This document shows positions 39,581 to 49,398 of a stretch of 64,000 nt of DNA, piece by piece; the stretch's first letter is position 1; every line of letters begins with the position of its first letter. The stretch spans positions 106,909 through 170,908 of IMG/VR virus record IMGVR_UViG_3300029319_009044; one strand, written 5' to 3'. A program made the translations under genes and the position numbers. This DNA is from a virus. Below the pieces are notes generated by a model that saw only the letters and a program-made list of their open reading frames with translations, ran no database searches and was not told where the DNA came from.

Positions 39581-39608
39581 ATTATAGGTACTTGTGTTAT
39601 AAGTTCAA
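39581..39608 (-). promoter_or_regulatory. Sigma70-type promoter TTGAAC-N16-TATAAT, 5 nt before ATG 39575
   Basis: Direct sequence. Confidence 0.65.
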
Positions 39609-39625
39609 GGATTAAATATATGTGA

Positions 39626-40777
39626 ATGTACGTAAGAGGTTCAGATAAAAATGTTGAATATAAAAGAGATCTAAATGGATTTTTTAGAGGTATAGTAGTT
39701 TCTGATTTTGATCCATTATATTTACAAAGAGTAAAAATTTTTATACCTGAAATAACTAATATTGAAACTGGGGCTGATATGAATCAATTTATTGCTCCTG
39801 ATAAAGACGGGTCTATAAAGCCTAATTTTCATCAAAAATTACTAGATCTGCTCCCATACGCTGAGCAAGCTTCTGGGTTATGGGGTGAAAGAGGGGTTAG
39901 TCATTATAGCGCTAAAGAAAAAAGCCAAGTTAGTAAAGCAACATACGTAGAAAATAATACACGAAATAAAGTACCTAATAGTAAAGATGGTGGAGTTTAT
40001 CCTCGCATGACTATAGCTAATAGAGATAATACTGGAGCTGGTTCTTCAATTGATGATTTTGCAAATATTAATCCAAATGCAGCAAGTTATATACCCGTCA
40101 ATTCTGGACCACTAACTAGTGGATTTTATGGTGTGCCATCAGTAGGAAGTAAGGTGTGGTTATTTTTTGAACGAGGGGATATTAATTTACCAATTTATTT
40201 TGCATCATGTCCTAATATGAAAGAGACTATGCAAGTAACTAAAGATGGTACATCAGGTGCACCCGCAGGGTACAGTACAGATTATAATCCACAGGGTGCA
40301 GAGGATACTCCGCCAGAACCATTAGGTGCTAGAGTTGTACCTGGTCAAGATGTCCCTGGTACTGATCTTACAGAATTTGTAAAAGAATTTGAAGGTTATA
40401 ATCCAAATTCTTATTGGGATTATGGGCAATATTCTATAGGCTATGGTACTAAAGCTAAACCTGGAGAAACAACTATTACACAAGAAGAAGCAACTAGTAG
40501 ATTAAATTCAGAACTTAGTGAAGCTAGAGGATATGTTGAACGTTATAATGCTTCTCAAAATAGAAATTGGTCTGAAAATCAAATAGATGCTTTAACTTCT
40601 TTTACTTATAATACAGGACCAGGTAACTTACAGACTTTATTACAAGGAGGTAATCGTAACAATCAACAAGTTGCAGAGGCTATGCTTTTATATAAGAAAG
40701 CAGGTGGTAAGACTTTAAGAGGATTAGTAAGAAGAAGGCAAGCTGAACGTCAATTATTTTTAGAAGGTTATAGTTAA
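39626..40777 (+). CDS. gp5: Baseplate hub gp5 N-terminal OB-fold + GH24 lysozyme
   Basis: FRGIVV..FDP..LQRVK..IP, VPSVGSKVWLFFE.GD...P.Y; FVKEFEG...Y.D..QYSIGYG, DALTSFTYN.G, GLVRRR.AE. Confidence 0.85.
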   Translation: MYVRGSDKNVEYKRDLNGFFRGIVVSDFDPLYLQRVKIFIPEITNIETGADMNQFIAPDKDGSIKPNFHQKLLDLLPYAEQASGLWGERGVSHYSAKEKSQVSKATYVENNTRNKVPNSKDGGVYPRMTIANRDNTGAGSSIDDFANINPNAASYIPVNSGPLTSGFYGVPSVGSKVWLFFERGDINLPIYFASCPNMKETMQVTKDGTSGAPAGYSTDYNPQGAEDTPPEPLGARVVPGQDVPGTDLTEFVKEFEGYNPNSYWDYGQYSIGYGTKAKPGETTITQEEATSRLNSELSEARGYVERYNASQNRNWSENQIDALTSFTYNTGPGNLQTLLQGGNRNNQQVAEAMLLYKKAGGKTLRGLVRRRQAERQLFLEGYS

Positions 40778-40778
40778 T

Positions 40779-42515
40779 ATGAATAAGGAAGCATTAGAAG
40801 CAAATCAAGATTTATATAAAAATAAAGCTGTATTTAATCAACGTGGAGGTTCATTAGAGTTTAATAATTCTACTGGAGAAGAGAGTATATATCTAACTAA
40901 TTATCACGGTAGTAATATAAAAATTACACCGCAAGTTACTTCAGAATATGCTAAAGAGAATAAACAGCTTTTGGTGGTTAATGATAATTTTGAAACAGTT
41001 AGAAACGATAAGCATTTATCTGTAGGTGGTAATTATGTTAAAAAAGTTACAGGTTCTACAGTATATCAAAGTGGCTTTTCTAACGAAGAGCAAATTAAAG
41101 CTATAGAAGATTGGAAAGAAGAGTATAGACCTGTAGCTGAACGTAATTCAATGTTTGCTATTCAACGTGGAGGAGAGAGTTATCCTAATGGAGTTGTAAC
41201 TCCTAAATCAGGTACAAAGAGTCAAAATCCTTCTAAAAGTCAAGAAATTTATTTGAATGAAGATCAAGGCTTTCCTTCTACAAATGCTTCTAGTTCTGAA
41301 GTTAATAGTAGTAGCAATCAAGTAAATTCTTATTCAAATTATAATGTTCAACCCTCTCGTAGAGTAGTTCTCAACCCTTCGGTAGCTGATTATGGTGACG
41401 ATGAGAATCCGGCTACAGAAGGAGGAAGTTTTGACCCTACTATTGAAAAAGAAAAATTAGATGAAGAAATAACGAGACTACAAGAAGAAAAATTAACTGA
41501 TTTAGAACTTAAAGCATTTGGCGATGGTCCTAATGTAGGTGGAGATGATCAAGAGTTTACTTTTAGAAATAAAGTTATTATGGTTGGAGCTACTTTTAAT
41601 GATTATCCATCTATTAGATTTGATGATACAGGAAGATCGACTCCAGGAAGAGTAACTGTAGGTACACATGCAGGTGCGTATGTAGATGTAGAGTCAGTTC
41701 CTCATGTAGAAGAAGTTGATAATAGTAAATTTCCAGTTGGTAACTATACTGTACAGGCAGCTAACAAATATAATATTAGTGTAGGTTCTGGGGGTATAGA
41801 TGTAAAAACTACTGGACCTGTCGAAGTAGGTGCTACAAGTTATAAACTAGCTGCCCATAAAGTTACTATTAACTCTTCTAAAGGTATACATATAGGTAGT
41901 GAAAATTTAGTTGAAATAAATTCTTTAAAAAATATTTCTCTTCGCTCTAATAAACAAATTTATATCGAACCAGGATTAGGAGTTAAAAATAATTTAATAG
42001 TTGGTGGAGGTAGCTATCTTCAAGGAGAAACTTATTTACATCATGTAACTGCTCCTGCAGAGTTACAACAAACAGAAGATACAACAGTATTTGGTAAATT
42101 AGTAAATGGGTTAAAATTTAGAGCTGATATAGATTTAGGATTTCCTCTAGGTACTATTCGTAATTGTCCTATAACTATTAGATCTAGTGATAATGATATA
42201 ATAGAAATGGTTCCTCATTCACATCACTTTAAAAATCTACCTTTAAGATTAACAGAATCTGGAGCTAATATAAGAGAGATGGCTAGTGCTGAAGATATAA
42301 ATGTAGATGGTTTTAGTACACCAGCATTGCCTATAGGACATGGAAAAAAGAATCCTAGTACTACTCCAGCTGCTCCTATACCATTAGAACGAGAAAATGA
42401 AAGTACCTTGCTACCTCATGATAGAAGAAGAGTTACTATTGATGGTGATATAAAACCGCCTTTTCCTCAGGTTGAAAAAGATGGTTCTTTTGCTAAAGAA
42501 ACGCCTACTAATTAG
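40779..42515 (+). CDS. gp5 C-terminal beta-helix/spike-like baseplate protein
   Basis: LEFNNSTGEESI...HGS, V..DNFETV..D....VGG beta-helix repeats; PHSHHF tip motif. Confidence 0.65.
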   Translation: MNKEALEANQDLYKNKAVFNQRGGSLEFNNSTGEESIYLTNYHGSNIKITPQVTSEYAKENKQLLVVNDNFETVRNDKHLSVGGNYVKKVTGSTVYQSGFSNEEQIKAIEDWKEEYRPVAERNSMFAIQRGGESYPNGVVTPKSGTKSQNPSKSQEIYLNEDQGFPSTNASSSEVNSSSNQVNSYSNYNVQPSRRVVLNPSVADYGDDENPATEGGSFDPTIEKEKLDEEITRLQEEKLTDLELKAFGDGPNVGGDDQEFTFRNKVIMVGATFNDYPSIRFDDTGRSTPGRVTVGTHAGAYVDVESVPHVEEVDNSKFPVGNYTVQAANKYNISVGSGGIDVKTTGPVEVGATSYKLAAHKVTINSSKGIHIGSENLVEINSLKNISLRSNKQIYIEPGLGVKNNLIVGGGSYLQGETYLHHVTAPAELQQTEDTTVFGKLVNGLKFRADIDLGFPLGTIRNCPITIRSSDNDIIEMVPHSHHFKNLPLRLTESGANIREMASAEDINVDGFSTPALPIGHGKKNPSTTPAAPIPLERENESTLLPHDRRRVTIDGDIKPPFPQVEKDGSFAKETPTN

Positions 42516-43126
42516 ACTATTTCATCAACTAGACCATATTCTAAACATACTTTACTATCAAACCATAAGTCATGCTTAAGAATTTCATCAAGCTTTTTCA
42601 TCGGTAAATTAGTATACTCTTTGTAAATCTTTTTTATAGTAGCCATAAGATGTTTATTATTTTCCATATCATCTTCAAGCTCTGTATACTTACCGTATAC
42701 ACCAGCGCTTAATTGATGTATAAGCATCTTAGAATATTTTCCTATAAATCTCTTTTTACATGCAACAGAGATAATAGTAGCTGCAGAAGCAGCTGCTCCT
42801 TCTATATAAGAATGAACATCACATTTTAAATTTCTAATAACATCAACAGTAGCTAGTCCAGCAAAAAGTGAACCTCCGTATGAATTTATTCTTAAATTTA
42901 TAACCGGTTTTATATCTAAAAATACTTTAGTAACTGAAAGTTTTTTATCTAATTCATATAAAGAAGCATTTAATTCTAATGCATTACTTTCTAAAATATC
43001 ACCATAAAAATATATGTTATTCTCTACAGTTTTAGTTACTGACCCTCCTCCGGATGCTCCTGCATTTATATATTGTGATGTATTAGTTTCAGTACCTTCT
43101 TCTTGATTATCATATTTCCATTTCAT
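42512..43126 (-). CDS. clpP: ClpP-like ATP-dependent protease proteolytic subunit
   Basis: IYFYGDI, INSYGGSLFAG, GAAASAAT (Ser), MLIHQ (His), DLWF....CLEYGLVDEI; start moved to ATG 43126. Confidence 0.88.
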   Translation of the reverse strand: MKWKYDNQEEGTETNTSQYINAGASGGGSVTKTVENNIYFYGDILESNALELNASLYELDKKLSVTKVFLDIKPVINLRINSYGGSLFAGLATVDVIRNLKCDVHSYIEGAAASAATIISVACKKRFIGKYSKMLIHQLSAGVYGKYTELEDDMENNKHLMATIKKIYKEYTNLPMKKLDEILKHDLWFDSKVCLEYGLVDEIV

Positions 43127-43139
43127 ATTTAAATTGAGT

Positions 43140-44786
43140 TTAACTTTCGCATGATGTGCATTCATTTAAAGAACGAGCTAACTCTTGCGCAGGATTAGCA
43201 CTCCGTTGATAGTATAATGACTTAATACCGTTTTCCCAGGCCCATACAATAAGTTCATTTACTTCTTTAGGTTTAGTTTTAGGAGGAACTTGTATATTAA
43301 TAGATTGACCTTGGTCAATATATGGTTGACGTTGAGCTGCTTGAATAAGAATTTCTTTTTGAGATATTTCTCCAAAAGTTTTAAATACTTCTTTTTCGTG
43401 ATCAGTTAAAAACTTTAAGTGTTGAACTGATCCACCTTTTTGCAATATACTTCTCCAAGTAGGTATATCATCTTTATCATACTGCTTGAGTACTTTAGTA
43501 AGTTCAGGATTTTTATAAGTAAATTTACCTTTTGCGAGGTCTTTAGTAAAGTAATTACTATTAAGAGGTTCTATTGAAGGGCTAATTTGACCTAAGATAA
43601 ATGAGCTACTGGTAGTAGGAGCTATAGCTACTAAACAACTATTACGTAAGCCATACCCTTCCATGAGTGAAGGTACACCATATTCGATTGCCATCTCTTT
43701 TGAAGCAACAATTGTTCTTTCTTGAATAGTTTTAAAGATAAGAGAATTTTCTAGCTTAGCTTCCATTGACTCAAAAGCAATACTCTCTTGCTGTAAATAT
43801 GAATGCCAACCTAATACCCCTACACCTAAAGCTCTTTGCGTTAAAGCAAACTTATGAGGTGATTCCATATTCTTAACTCCTCTAGTTTTATTAATAAACT
43901 CTGTCATAACTGCATCTAAGAAGTATGTTAGAGTTTCAATGGCGTCAGTTTCTACAATCTCTTTCCATTTAGCAAGATTAAGAGAGGAAAGATCACATAC
44001 AAAAGATTCGTCTGCTTCAGATGATAGAAAAATCTCAGTACATAAATTTGAAGCATGAATACGCTTACCTTTATCTTTATATACCTGCGGTGCATTGTTA
44101 TTTGCATTATCTGAAAAGAAGATATATGGGTATCCAGATTCGTATCGTTTTTTAATAACTTTACCCCATATGCTTCGTTTCTTTTTGTCACCATCTAACA
44201 TAGACTTCATCCACTCATCATTTACAGTAACACCTATAGATAAGTCTTGTATAGCATTTCCTTCACCTCTTATGCCTAAAAACTCTTCAATATCACCATG
44301 ATCAATAGGAATATAAGCAGCAAAAGAGCCTCTACGTACATTACTTTGTGAAATATAGTTTGTTAAAGCATCAAAAACTGTTAACTGATGATGAACACCA
44401 GTAGATGTTCCACCTGTTGAAATTGCAGCTCCTCTTGGTCTAACATCACCGAAATAAGCAGATGTACCACCACCTACTTTAGACATAGTACCTACTTCAG
44501 CGATCTTACCTAGAATTTGCTCCATATCATCAGGGATATAAGATCCAAAACATGATATAGGTAAACCTCTTTCTCTACCAAAATTTGACCATATAGGAGA
44601 TGATAGAGAATAGAATCCCTTATGCATATAGTCTATGAACTTATCTGCCCATCCATCAATACCTAAATATTCTTGCGCTTTATATGCAATATCTTCTATT
44701 CGTTGTTCAGGATTTTCACCAGGTAATAAATACCCTCTTTCAAGAAACTTACGAGAATCTTCGTTAAGCCAATAAATTTCACTCAT
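43140..44786 (-). CDS. nrdA: Ribonucleotide reductase class I alpha subunit (short, no ATP cone)
   Basis: GLPISCF, SNLCTEI, VCDLSS, AIAPTTSSS, IDQGQS, KSLYY, C-terminal CTSCE. Confidence 0.95.
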   Translation of the reverse strand: MSEIYWLNEDSRKFLERGYLLPGENPEQRIEDIAYKAQEYLGIDGWADKFIDYMHKGFYSLSSPIWSNFGRERGLPISCFGSYIPDDMEQILGKIAEVGTMSKVGGGTSAYFGDVRPRGAAISTGGTSTGVHHQLTVFDALTNYISQSNVRRGSFAAYIPIDHGDIEEFLGIRGEGNAIQDLSIGVTVNDEWMKSMLDGDKKKRSIWGKVIKKRYESGYPYIFFSDNANNNAPQVYKDKGKRIHASNLCTEIFLSSEADESFVCDLSSLNLAKWKEIVETDAIETLTYFLDAVMTEFINKTRGVKNMESPHKFALTQRALGVGVLGWHSYLQQESIAFESMEAKLENSLIFKTIQERTIVASKEMAIEYGVPSLMEGYGLRNSCLVAIAPTTSSSFILGQISPSIEPLNSNYFTKDLAKGKFTYKNPELTKVLKQYDKDDIPTWRSILQKGGSVQHLKFLTDHEKEVFKTFGEISQKEILIQAAQRQPYIDQGQSINIQVPPKTKPKEVNELIVWAWENGIKSLYYQRSANPAQELARSLNECTSCES

Positions 44787-44800
44787 AATAATATAATCTT

Positions 44801-45784
44801 CTAGAATAGATCATCTTCATCAAATGACTGACTCTTTTTAGAGTACTCAACAGGTCGTGAATGAAAGAAATCAGTCATATTGTTTCCAAGAAGTTCTTCT
44901 TCAAACCACATTGTAGCCTCTAGAAGTTCATTATCAACGTCAAATACGGGTTTAAATCCAATTTGTTCAAGAGAAGAATTAATTCTATTCTTTATAAATT
45001 CTTTTACAGTATCAGCATCTAGACCAGGCTCTTTAATACCATTAATCATCCAATCAACTATTTTAGCCTCTGAGTTATATGCTTCAATAGCTTCTCCTCT
45101 TATGCGTTCTTCTAACTCATCATCAAATAGCTCTGGTAATTCTTCGCGTATAGTGTTTATAATTTTAATACCTACTAAAGCATGAATATTTTCTTCATTT
45201 CGGGTGTATTTAACTTGCTGATCAGTATCTTTTAACACGTTTTTAAATCTTGCAAACCAGTTTATAACATAAAATTGTGAAAAGAGAGAAACATTCTCAA
45301 CAAATAAAGTAAAAAGTGTCAAAGCATATAAGTATTGCTTTTTAGAACTGCTATAAAACTTATGTGTGTATTTTCTAAGATACTTTACTCGTCCTTGAAT
45401 AAAGTCAAGTTTAAGATTTTTCTCAAATATATCCTCCATATCAAGTACAGTTAGAAGTCTTTCATAAGCATTATTATGAATTACTTCAGTATTAGCCATA
45501 ACATAACCTAAATCTTGAAGTGCTGGGTGTGGTAAATTTTCACCTAACTTAGCCCAAAAACTTTTTACAGCAACTTCAATTTGACCAATAGCAGATAATA
45601 CTCTTACAACAATCTCTCTTTCTTGATCAGTAAGCTGTGTCTTAAATTGTTGAACGTCTGACGCAAAAGAAAACTCTTTATCAGTCCAAAATCCATTATG
45701 CATAGATTCTATAAATTGTTCCGTCCAAGGATATAGATTTGGCTTTCTAGATAACTGTTCCGTAAATATAGTACTCCCGTCCAT
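44801..45784 (-). CDS. nrdB: Ribonucleotide reductase beta subunit, class Id-like
   Basis: QIEVAVKSFW, EVIHNNAY, ENVSLFSQF, EENIH, DFF.SRPVEY. Confidence 0.93.
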   Translation of the reverse strand: MDGSTIFTEQLSRKPNLYPWTEQFIESMHNGFWTDKEFSFASDVQQFKTQLTDQEREIVVRVLSAIGQIEVAVKSFWAKLGENLPHPALQDLGYVMANTEVIHNNAYERLLTVLDMEDIFEKNLKLDFIQGRVKYLRKYTHKFYSSSKKQYLYALTLFTLFVENVSLFSQFYVINWFARFKNVLKDTDQQVKYTRNEENIHALVGIKIINTIREELPELFDDELEERIRGEAIEAYNSEAKIVDWMINGIKEPGLDADTVKEFIKNRINSSLEQIGFKPVFDVDNELLEATMWFEEELLGNNMTDFFHSRPVEYSKKSQSFDEDDLF

Positions 45785-45798
45785 TATATACTCCTACT

Positions 45799-46032
45799 TT
45801 ACTGTACTGGAATTGAGGTTTGTAAACTACCATGTGGGAGAGCAAAAGTCTTTACATGCTTTTTTCCTGCTGCTTCAACTGTAACAGTTAGTATGTGGCC
45901 GGCTATGTAAGGTTGAGATACTATATTACCACCAACAGTAATAACTCTATATAATTGTCCGGTTCCTGCTTCGAATATTTTTACTGTAGTATTCGAGCCC
46001 TGCTGTGCGATAAATTGTTTAGTCTTGCTCAT
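45799..46032 (-). CDS. Hypothetical protein
   Basis: ORF track. Confidence 0.55.
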   Translation of the reverse strand: MSKTKQFIAQQGSNTTVKIFEAGTGQLYRVITVGGNIVSQPYIAGHILTVTVEAAGKKHVKTFALPHGSLQTSIPVQ

Positions 46033-46387
46033 AGTCTCTGATATTATTTATAAAATGAGTAACTTCTGGATCAGATTTATGTGTAGCAAAGTTTAAAGTA
46101 TTTGATATTTTTTTTGCAGTATGAGAAGCTTGAATCTTATGAAACTCAATGAGTTCTACCAACACCTGAGAATCAGCGCCCGGAATTCCTTCCTCATTTA
46201 CATTTAATATATTTCTTATTTCTTGAATCGAATAACCTTTATTGAGATAGTTTTTAGCTTTCTGGGTTATAAAATATTTTTTAAGATTATTTTCATCGGT
46301 ATAGTCTCTTACTTTTTTATCATAGTAGTCTTGACTATAAGTATAACTCTTACCAGTTATTAAACACGTAATTTTTCTGCTAGCCAT
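46019..46387 (-). CDS. Hypothetical protein
   Basis: ORF track. Confidence 0.6.
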   Translation of the reverse strand: MASRKITCLITGKSYTYSQDYYDKKVRDYTDENNLKKYFITQKAKNYLNKGYSIQEIRNILNVNEEGIPGADSQVLVELIEFHKIQASHTAKKISNTLNFATHKSDPEVTHFINNIRDYEQD

Positions 46388-46400
46388 ATATTATATTAAT

Positions 46401-46838
46401 CTATTCCCACGGAAAAACAATCCACTTATCATCTGGTACAACACTTGCATAATAATTAAGGTAATCCCGATGCTTTAATTTTGTAAAAATACAAGCTCTA
46501 CAATGTTCAATATCTGCTAAAGTTAATCTGTTACTCAACCACTTTACAGTCTCACCTGTATCGCATATATCATCAACAACTAATAGTTTACTATCTTTTG
46601 TAAATTGATTTAGTTTAATATCATGATTAACTTTTATTTCATTTTTTTCCTTACCAATATAAGAGCTTACATTACAAGTTAATAACGGTAAATCTAATTC
46701 ATAACTAATTATAGTACCGGGTATTAAACCACCCCGTCCAATGCCTAATATATGAGTAAAGTTACCCTTTTTAGCTCTTGAGCCTAACAACCGAGACATA
46801 ACATTTATTTCATCAAAAGAAAACTTTAAAACTTCCAT
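46401..46838 (-). CDS. Type I phosphoribosyltransferase (xanthine/guanine PRT-like)
   Basis: GIGRGGLIPG, LLVVDDICDTGET, WIVFPWE. Confidence 0.88.
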   Translation of the reverse strand: MEVLKFSFDEINVMSRLLGSRAKKGNFTHILGIGRGGLIPGTIISYELDLPLLTCNVSSYIGKEKNEIKVNHDIKLNQFTKDSKLLVVDDICDTGETVKWLSNRLTLADIEHCRACIFTKLKHRDYLNYYASVVPDDKWIVFPWE

Positions 46839-46843
46839 AACCT

Positions 46844-46871
46844 ATTATATAGTAAAACTTATTTTTTTCAA
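46844..46871 (-). promoter_or_regulatory. Sigma70-type promoter TTGAAA-N16-TATAAT, 5 nt before ATG 46838
   Basis: Direct sequence. Confidence 0.65.
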
Positions 46872-46882
46872 TAAATATATAT

Positions 46883-47251
46883 GTGAACGATTTTGAAGAG
46901 TTACAGAAAATATATGAAGGATATAGAGGGTTAGATTATAATCCTGGTCCTAATGCTAAATACACTGCTAACATGTCACCTACTGGTTATTCTTATAGAA
47001 AGGGTCAACTACCTACTGGTTACCCAGGAGCAGGAGGTTATTCACAATATAATGCAGGGCAAGCAGGTTATTATCAAACACCTACCGTAGCAATAATAGC
47101 AGATGAAGAGATTGAAGCTGCAGAAATTATTAACTTAGATGTTATAGAAAAGGTCGACCAGCTAATGGAAGAAGCAGAAGAAGATGGTATGGAATATGCT
47201 GTTTTACAGTTGTCGAGATTAAAAGAGCATATTATTTCTCTTTCTCAATAG
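46883..47251 (+). CDS. Hypothetical late protein, possible internal head protein
   Basis: TAAATA-N5-GTG; N-terminal LQKIYE. Confidence 0.6.
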   Translation: MNDFEELQKIYEGYRGLDYNPGPNAKYTANMSPTGYSYRKGQLPTGYPGAGGYSQYNAGQAGYYQTPTVAIIADEEIEAAEIINLDVIEKVDQLMEEAEEDGMEYAVLQLSRLKEHIISLSQ

Positions 47252-47522
47252 GGTATACTTTGTTGAGTAGTATGCTATTAACTAGATAGATAAGATAGCA
47301 ACTGCTACTGCTATACAAAGCAAAAAGAATATTATTGTAACTGCTAGCATAAGTTCCTATGATAAGACCGGTCCAGAAACCTGTGCAAAGAGAGCAGCTT
47401 AACAAATCCTTAAAGAATTTAATTTTAGTAATTTTGTCTCTAACAAAATTTAAAATTTTTGCCTCCATTAAAATATAACAGAGACCATACGAAGCTAATG
47501 TATAAAATATTAAATCAGCCAC
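47232..47522 (-). CDS. DUF1360-like membrane protein
   Basis: LLSCSLCTGFWTG (C..C.G.W) flanked by TMs; GTG start overlapping the upstream stop. Confidence 0.55.
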   Translation of the reverse strand: MADLIFYTLASYGLCYILMEAKILNFVRDKITKIKFFKDLLSCSLCTGFWTGLIIGTYASSYNNILFALYSSSSCYLIYLVNSILLNKVYPIEKEK

Positions 47523-47715
47523 AGAGAAGTTCTTCATCTCCGTCAATAGCATTGACAGCGTCTCCCATAAGCTTTAGCTCTTCTTTTTTGACTATAATAG
47601 TATTACCATCATCATCAGTTACCTTATAATGATCATCATCAATTTTTTCAATAACGGGGCAACCTTGTTTTCCGCAACATACTTTAACACTATTTTCTGT
47701 TAGCCTTTTAATCAT
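47515..47715 (-). CDS. Small Cys-containing hypothetical protein
   Basis: CCGKQGCP; TAAATA-N5-ATG. Confidence 0.65.
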   Translation of the reverse strand: MIKRLTENSVKVCCGKQGCPVIEKIDDDHYKVTDDDGNTIIVKKEELKLMGDAVNAIDGDEELLCG

Positions 47716-47719
47716 ATAA

Positions 47720-48460
47720 TTATTTATTCAAAGCTGCTTCTAAGGCACTTCTTAATTTAGCTTCTGCTTTAGAACCTATATCATCTTTTCTTCCGGGGGA
47801 TATTTCTCTGTGTGTGGTAACAGTAGATAAATCTTTAGGCCATCCCCATTTTTCAAATCTCGGCACTAACCACTCTACAGCAGATGCAACTTCGTCATCA
47901 GTAAGCTCTCTAGTATTAGTATTACCACTGAAAGCTAATCCAAGTAAAAACCCATTACAATTAGTTCTTCCATTGAAATTAGATTTACCTGCATGCCAAC
48001 ATCTACGATCATCATCTGCAAAAATTGTTCTTTCTCCATTAGTATCTATAATGCAGTGATACGATACTTGAGACTTCGTTTGACATATCCAACTTACTGA
48101 TCCAGCATAAGATCCTGAAGAATGATGTAATACCACACCTTCAGGTCTAATTCTAGATGAAGATATATTAGGTGAAGGTTTACTTACTTCTGGGTATGTT
48201 CCGTCGACGGCACTTGATGCGACCTCAACCACTGCGGGTTGTTTACTTAAGCCTAACGCTTCTGAAATAGTTTTTGCTGTGTTAGGTCCATAAGCACCAT
48301 CTGGAAGGGAATCTGTTTTTTTCTGAATAATTTTAGTAAGTTCTTCTTTAGTAAATCCTAGCTTACTTATAATTTTTAACGCAGTATTCTTACCATAAAT
48401 ACCATCAGCTGTAGCGCCTACAGCTTCTTGAATCTTTTTAGTAGTTTCTTTTAATGACAT
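47720..48460 (-). CDS. Endolysin: N-terminal PG-binding repeats + Amidase_2
   Basis: ADGIYGKNT / PDGAYGPNT repeats; VVLHHS, SYH..I, WHAG, THREISPGRK.D. Confidence 0.9.
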   Translation of the reverse strand: MSLKETTKKIQEAVGATADGIYGKNTALKIISKLGFTKEELTKIIQKKTDSLPDGAYGPNTAKTISEALGLSKQPAVVEVASSAVDGTYPEVSKPSPNISSSRIRPEGVVLHHSSGSYAGSVSWICQTKSQVSYHCIIDTNGERTIFADDDRRCWHAGKSNFNGRTNCNGFLLGLAFSGNTNTRELTDDEVASAVEWLVPRFEKWGWPKDLSTVTTHREISPGRKDDIGSKAEAKLRSALEAALNK

Positions 48461-48513
48461 AAAAGTATTTATTAAAAAAGTTGTAAAATATACTATGTAT
48501 GATAAATACTTTT

Positions 48514-48768
48514 ATGGATATGATACTAGAATTCATTAGTGACAAACCTTGGTTTGGTCTTATAGCCGCAATTATTGCTGCAGCAGCTGCCTTTTGTGCA
48601 GCTACTCCAACACCTAAAGAGGGTGGTTGGGTGTCTAAAGTCTATAAAGTTATAGAGTTTTTGGCACTTAACATTGGAAAAGCTAAAGCTAAAGCAGAAG
48701 TTAAAGAAGCTGTAACTGATGCAGTAACTGACGCTGTTAAAAAGGCTACTACCAAAAAGAAGAAGTAA
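48514..48768 (+). CDS. Holin-like membrane protein
   Basis: TM then ATPTPK, ..IEFLALN.GKAK; divergent from the amidase; start at TAAATA-N5-ATG. Confidence 0.6.
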   Translation: MDMILEFISDKPWFGLIAAIIAAAAAFCAATPTPKEGGWVSKVYKVIEFLALNIGKAKAKAEVKEAVTDAVTDAVKKATTKKKK

Positions 48769-48779
48769 CTAATAAGCAA

Positions 48780-49052
48780 ATGGGTGGCGGCATTATTAAA
48801 GGAGTCTTAAGAGCCTTAACTGCATATTTAGAGTTAAGGAATAAGACTCATTATCACCGTGTCGTTACAGAATCTCGTGATAAACAAAAAAAATTAATAA
48901 ATGAAATTGAAACATTACGCACTGCTGGCGACGTCGATTCTAATGATAGGGCTGACATCTTGCGGGACGAGCTCCTCGACGAAAAGCGGCACCTTGAACA
49001 TTTATCAGCCTTCTACATTAAATCTTGCGGCGGGGATACCGATCCAGAGTAA
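48780..49052 (+). CDS. Hypothetical coiled-coil protein, possible i-spanin partner
   Basis: Follows the holin and overlaps a lipoprotein gene. Confidence 0.4.
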   Translation: MGGGIIKGVLRALTAYLELRNKTHYHRVVTESRDKQKKLINEIETLRTAGDVDSNDRADILRDELLDEKRHLEHLSAFYIKSCGGDTDPE

Positions 49053-49155
49053 AGCTGGAGTATACACCCCACAGACTGATGAAGTATGGCATTCAGATAC
49101 TCGTTTCAGAAAGCTTGAAAGGCAGCTATACTTTAAACCCACATCAGGTAAATAG
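48901..49155 (+). CDS. Small lipoprotein, possible o-spanin
   Basis: MKLKH + hydrophobic stretch + LTS-C lipobox; out-of-frame overlap with the upstream gene. Confidence 0.55.
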   Translation: MKLKHYALLATSILMIGLTSCGTSSSTKSGTLNIYQPSTLNLAAGIPIQSKAGVYTPQTDEVWHSDTRFRKLERQLYFKPTSGK

Positions 49156-49191
49156 TAGACTTTTATCTTTAGTATAGTATAATAAAGCTAT

Positions 49192-49398
49192 ATGAGTAAA
49201 GGAGATAAACCTAGACCACTTTCTATATCTTATAAAGAATATAGCGACAATTGGGAGGCTATATTTGGAAAAAAAGAAGAACAAGAAATTGATGGAATAT
49301 CTATGTCTGCAGAGGAGGAAATAAAAGCAGAAAAAAGAATGGATATTATAGGTCAAAATGGTAATGAAGGTCTTCATTACGATGATATAGATGGATGA
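49192..49398 (+). CDS. Hypothetical phage protein (KGDKPRP...Y.DNWE.IF type)
   Basis: Motif common in aquatic T4-like phages. Confidence 0.65.
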   Translation: MSKGDKPRPLSISYKEYSDNWEAIFGKKEEQEIDGISMSAEEEIKAEKRMDIIGQNGNEGLHYDDIDG

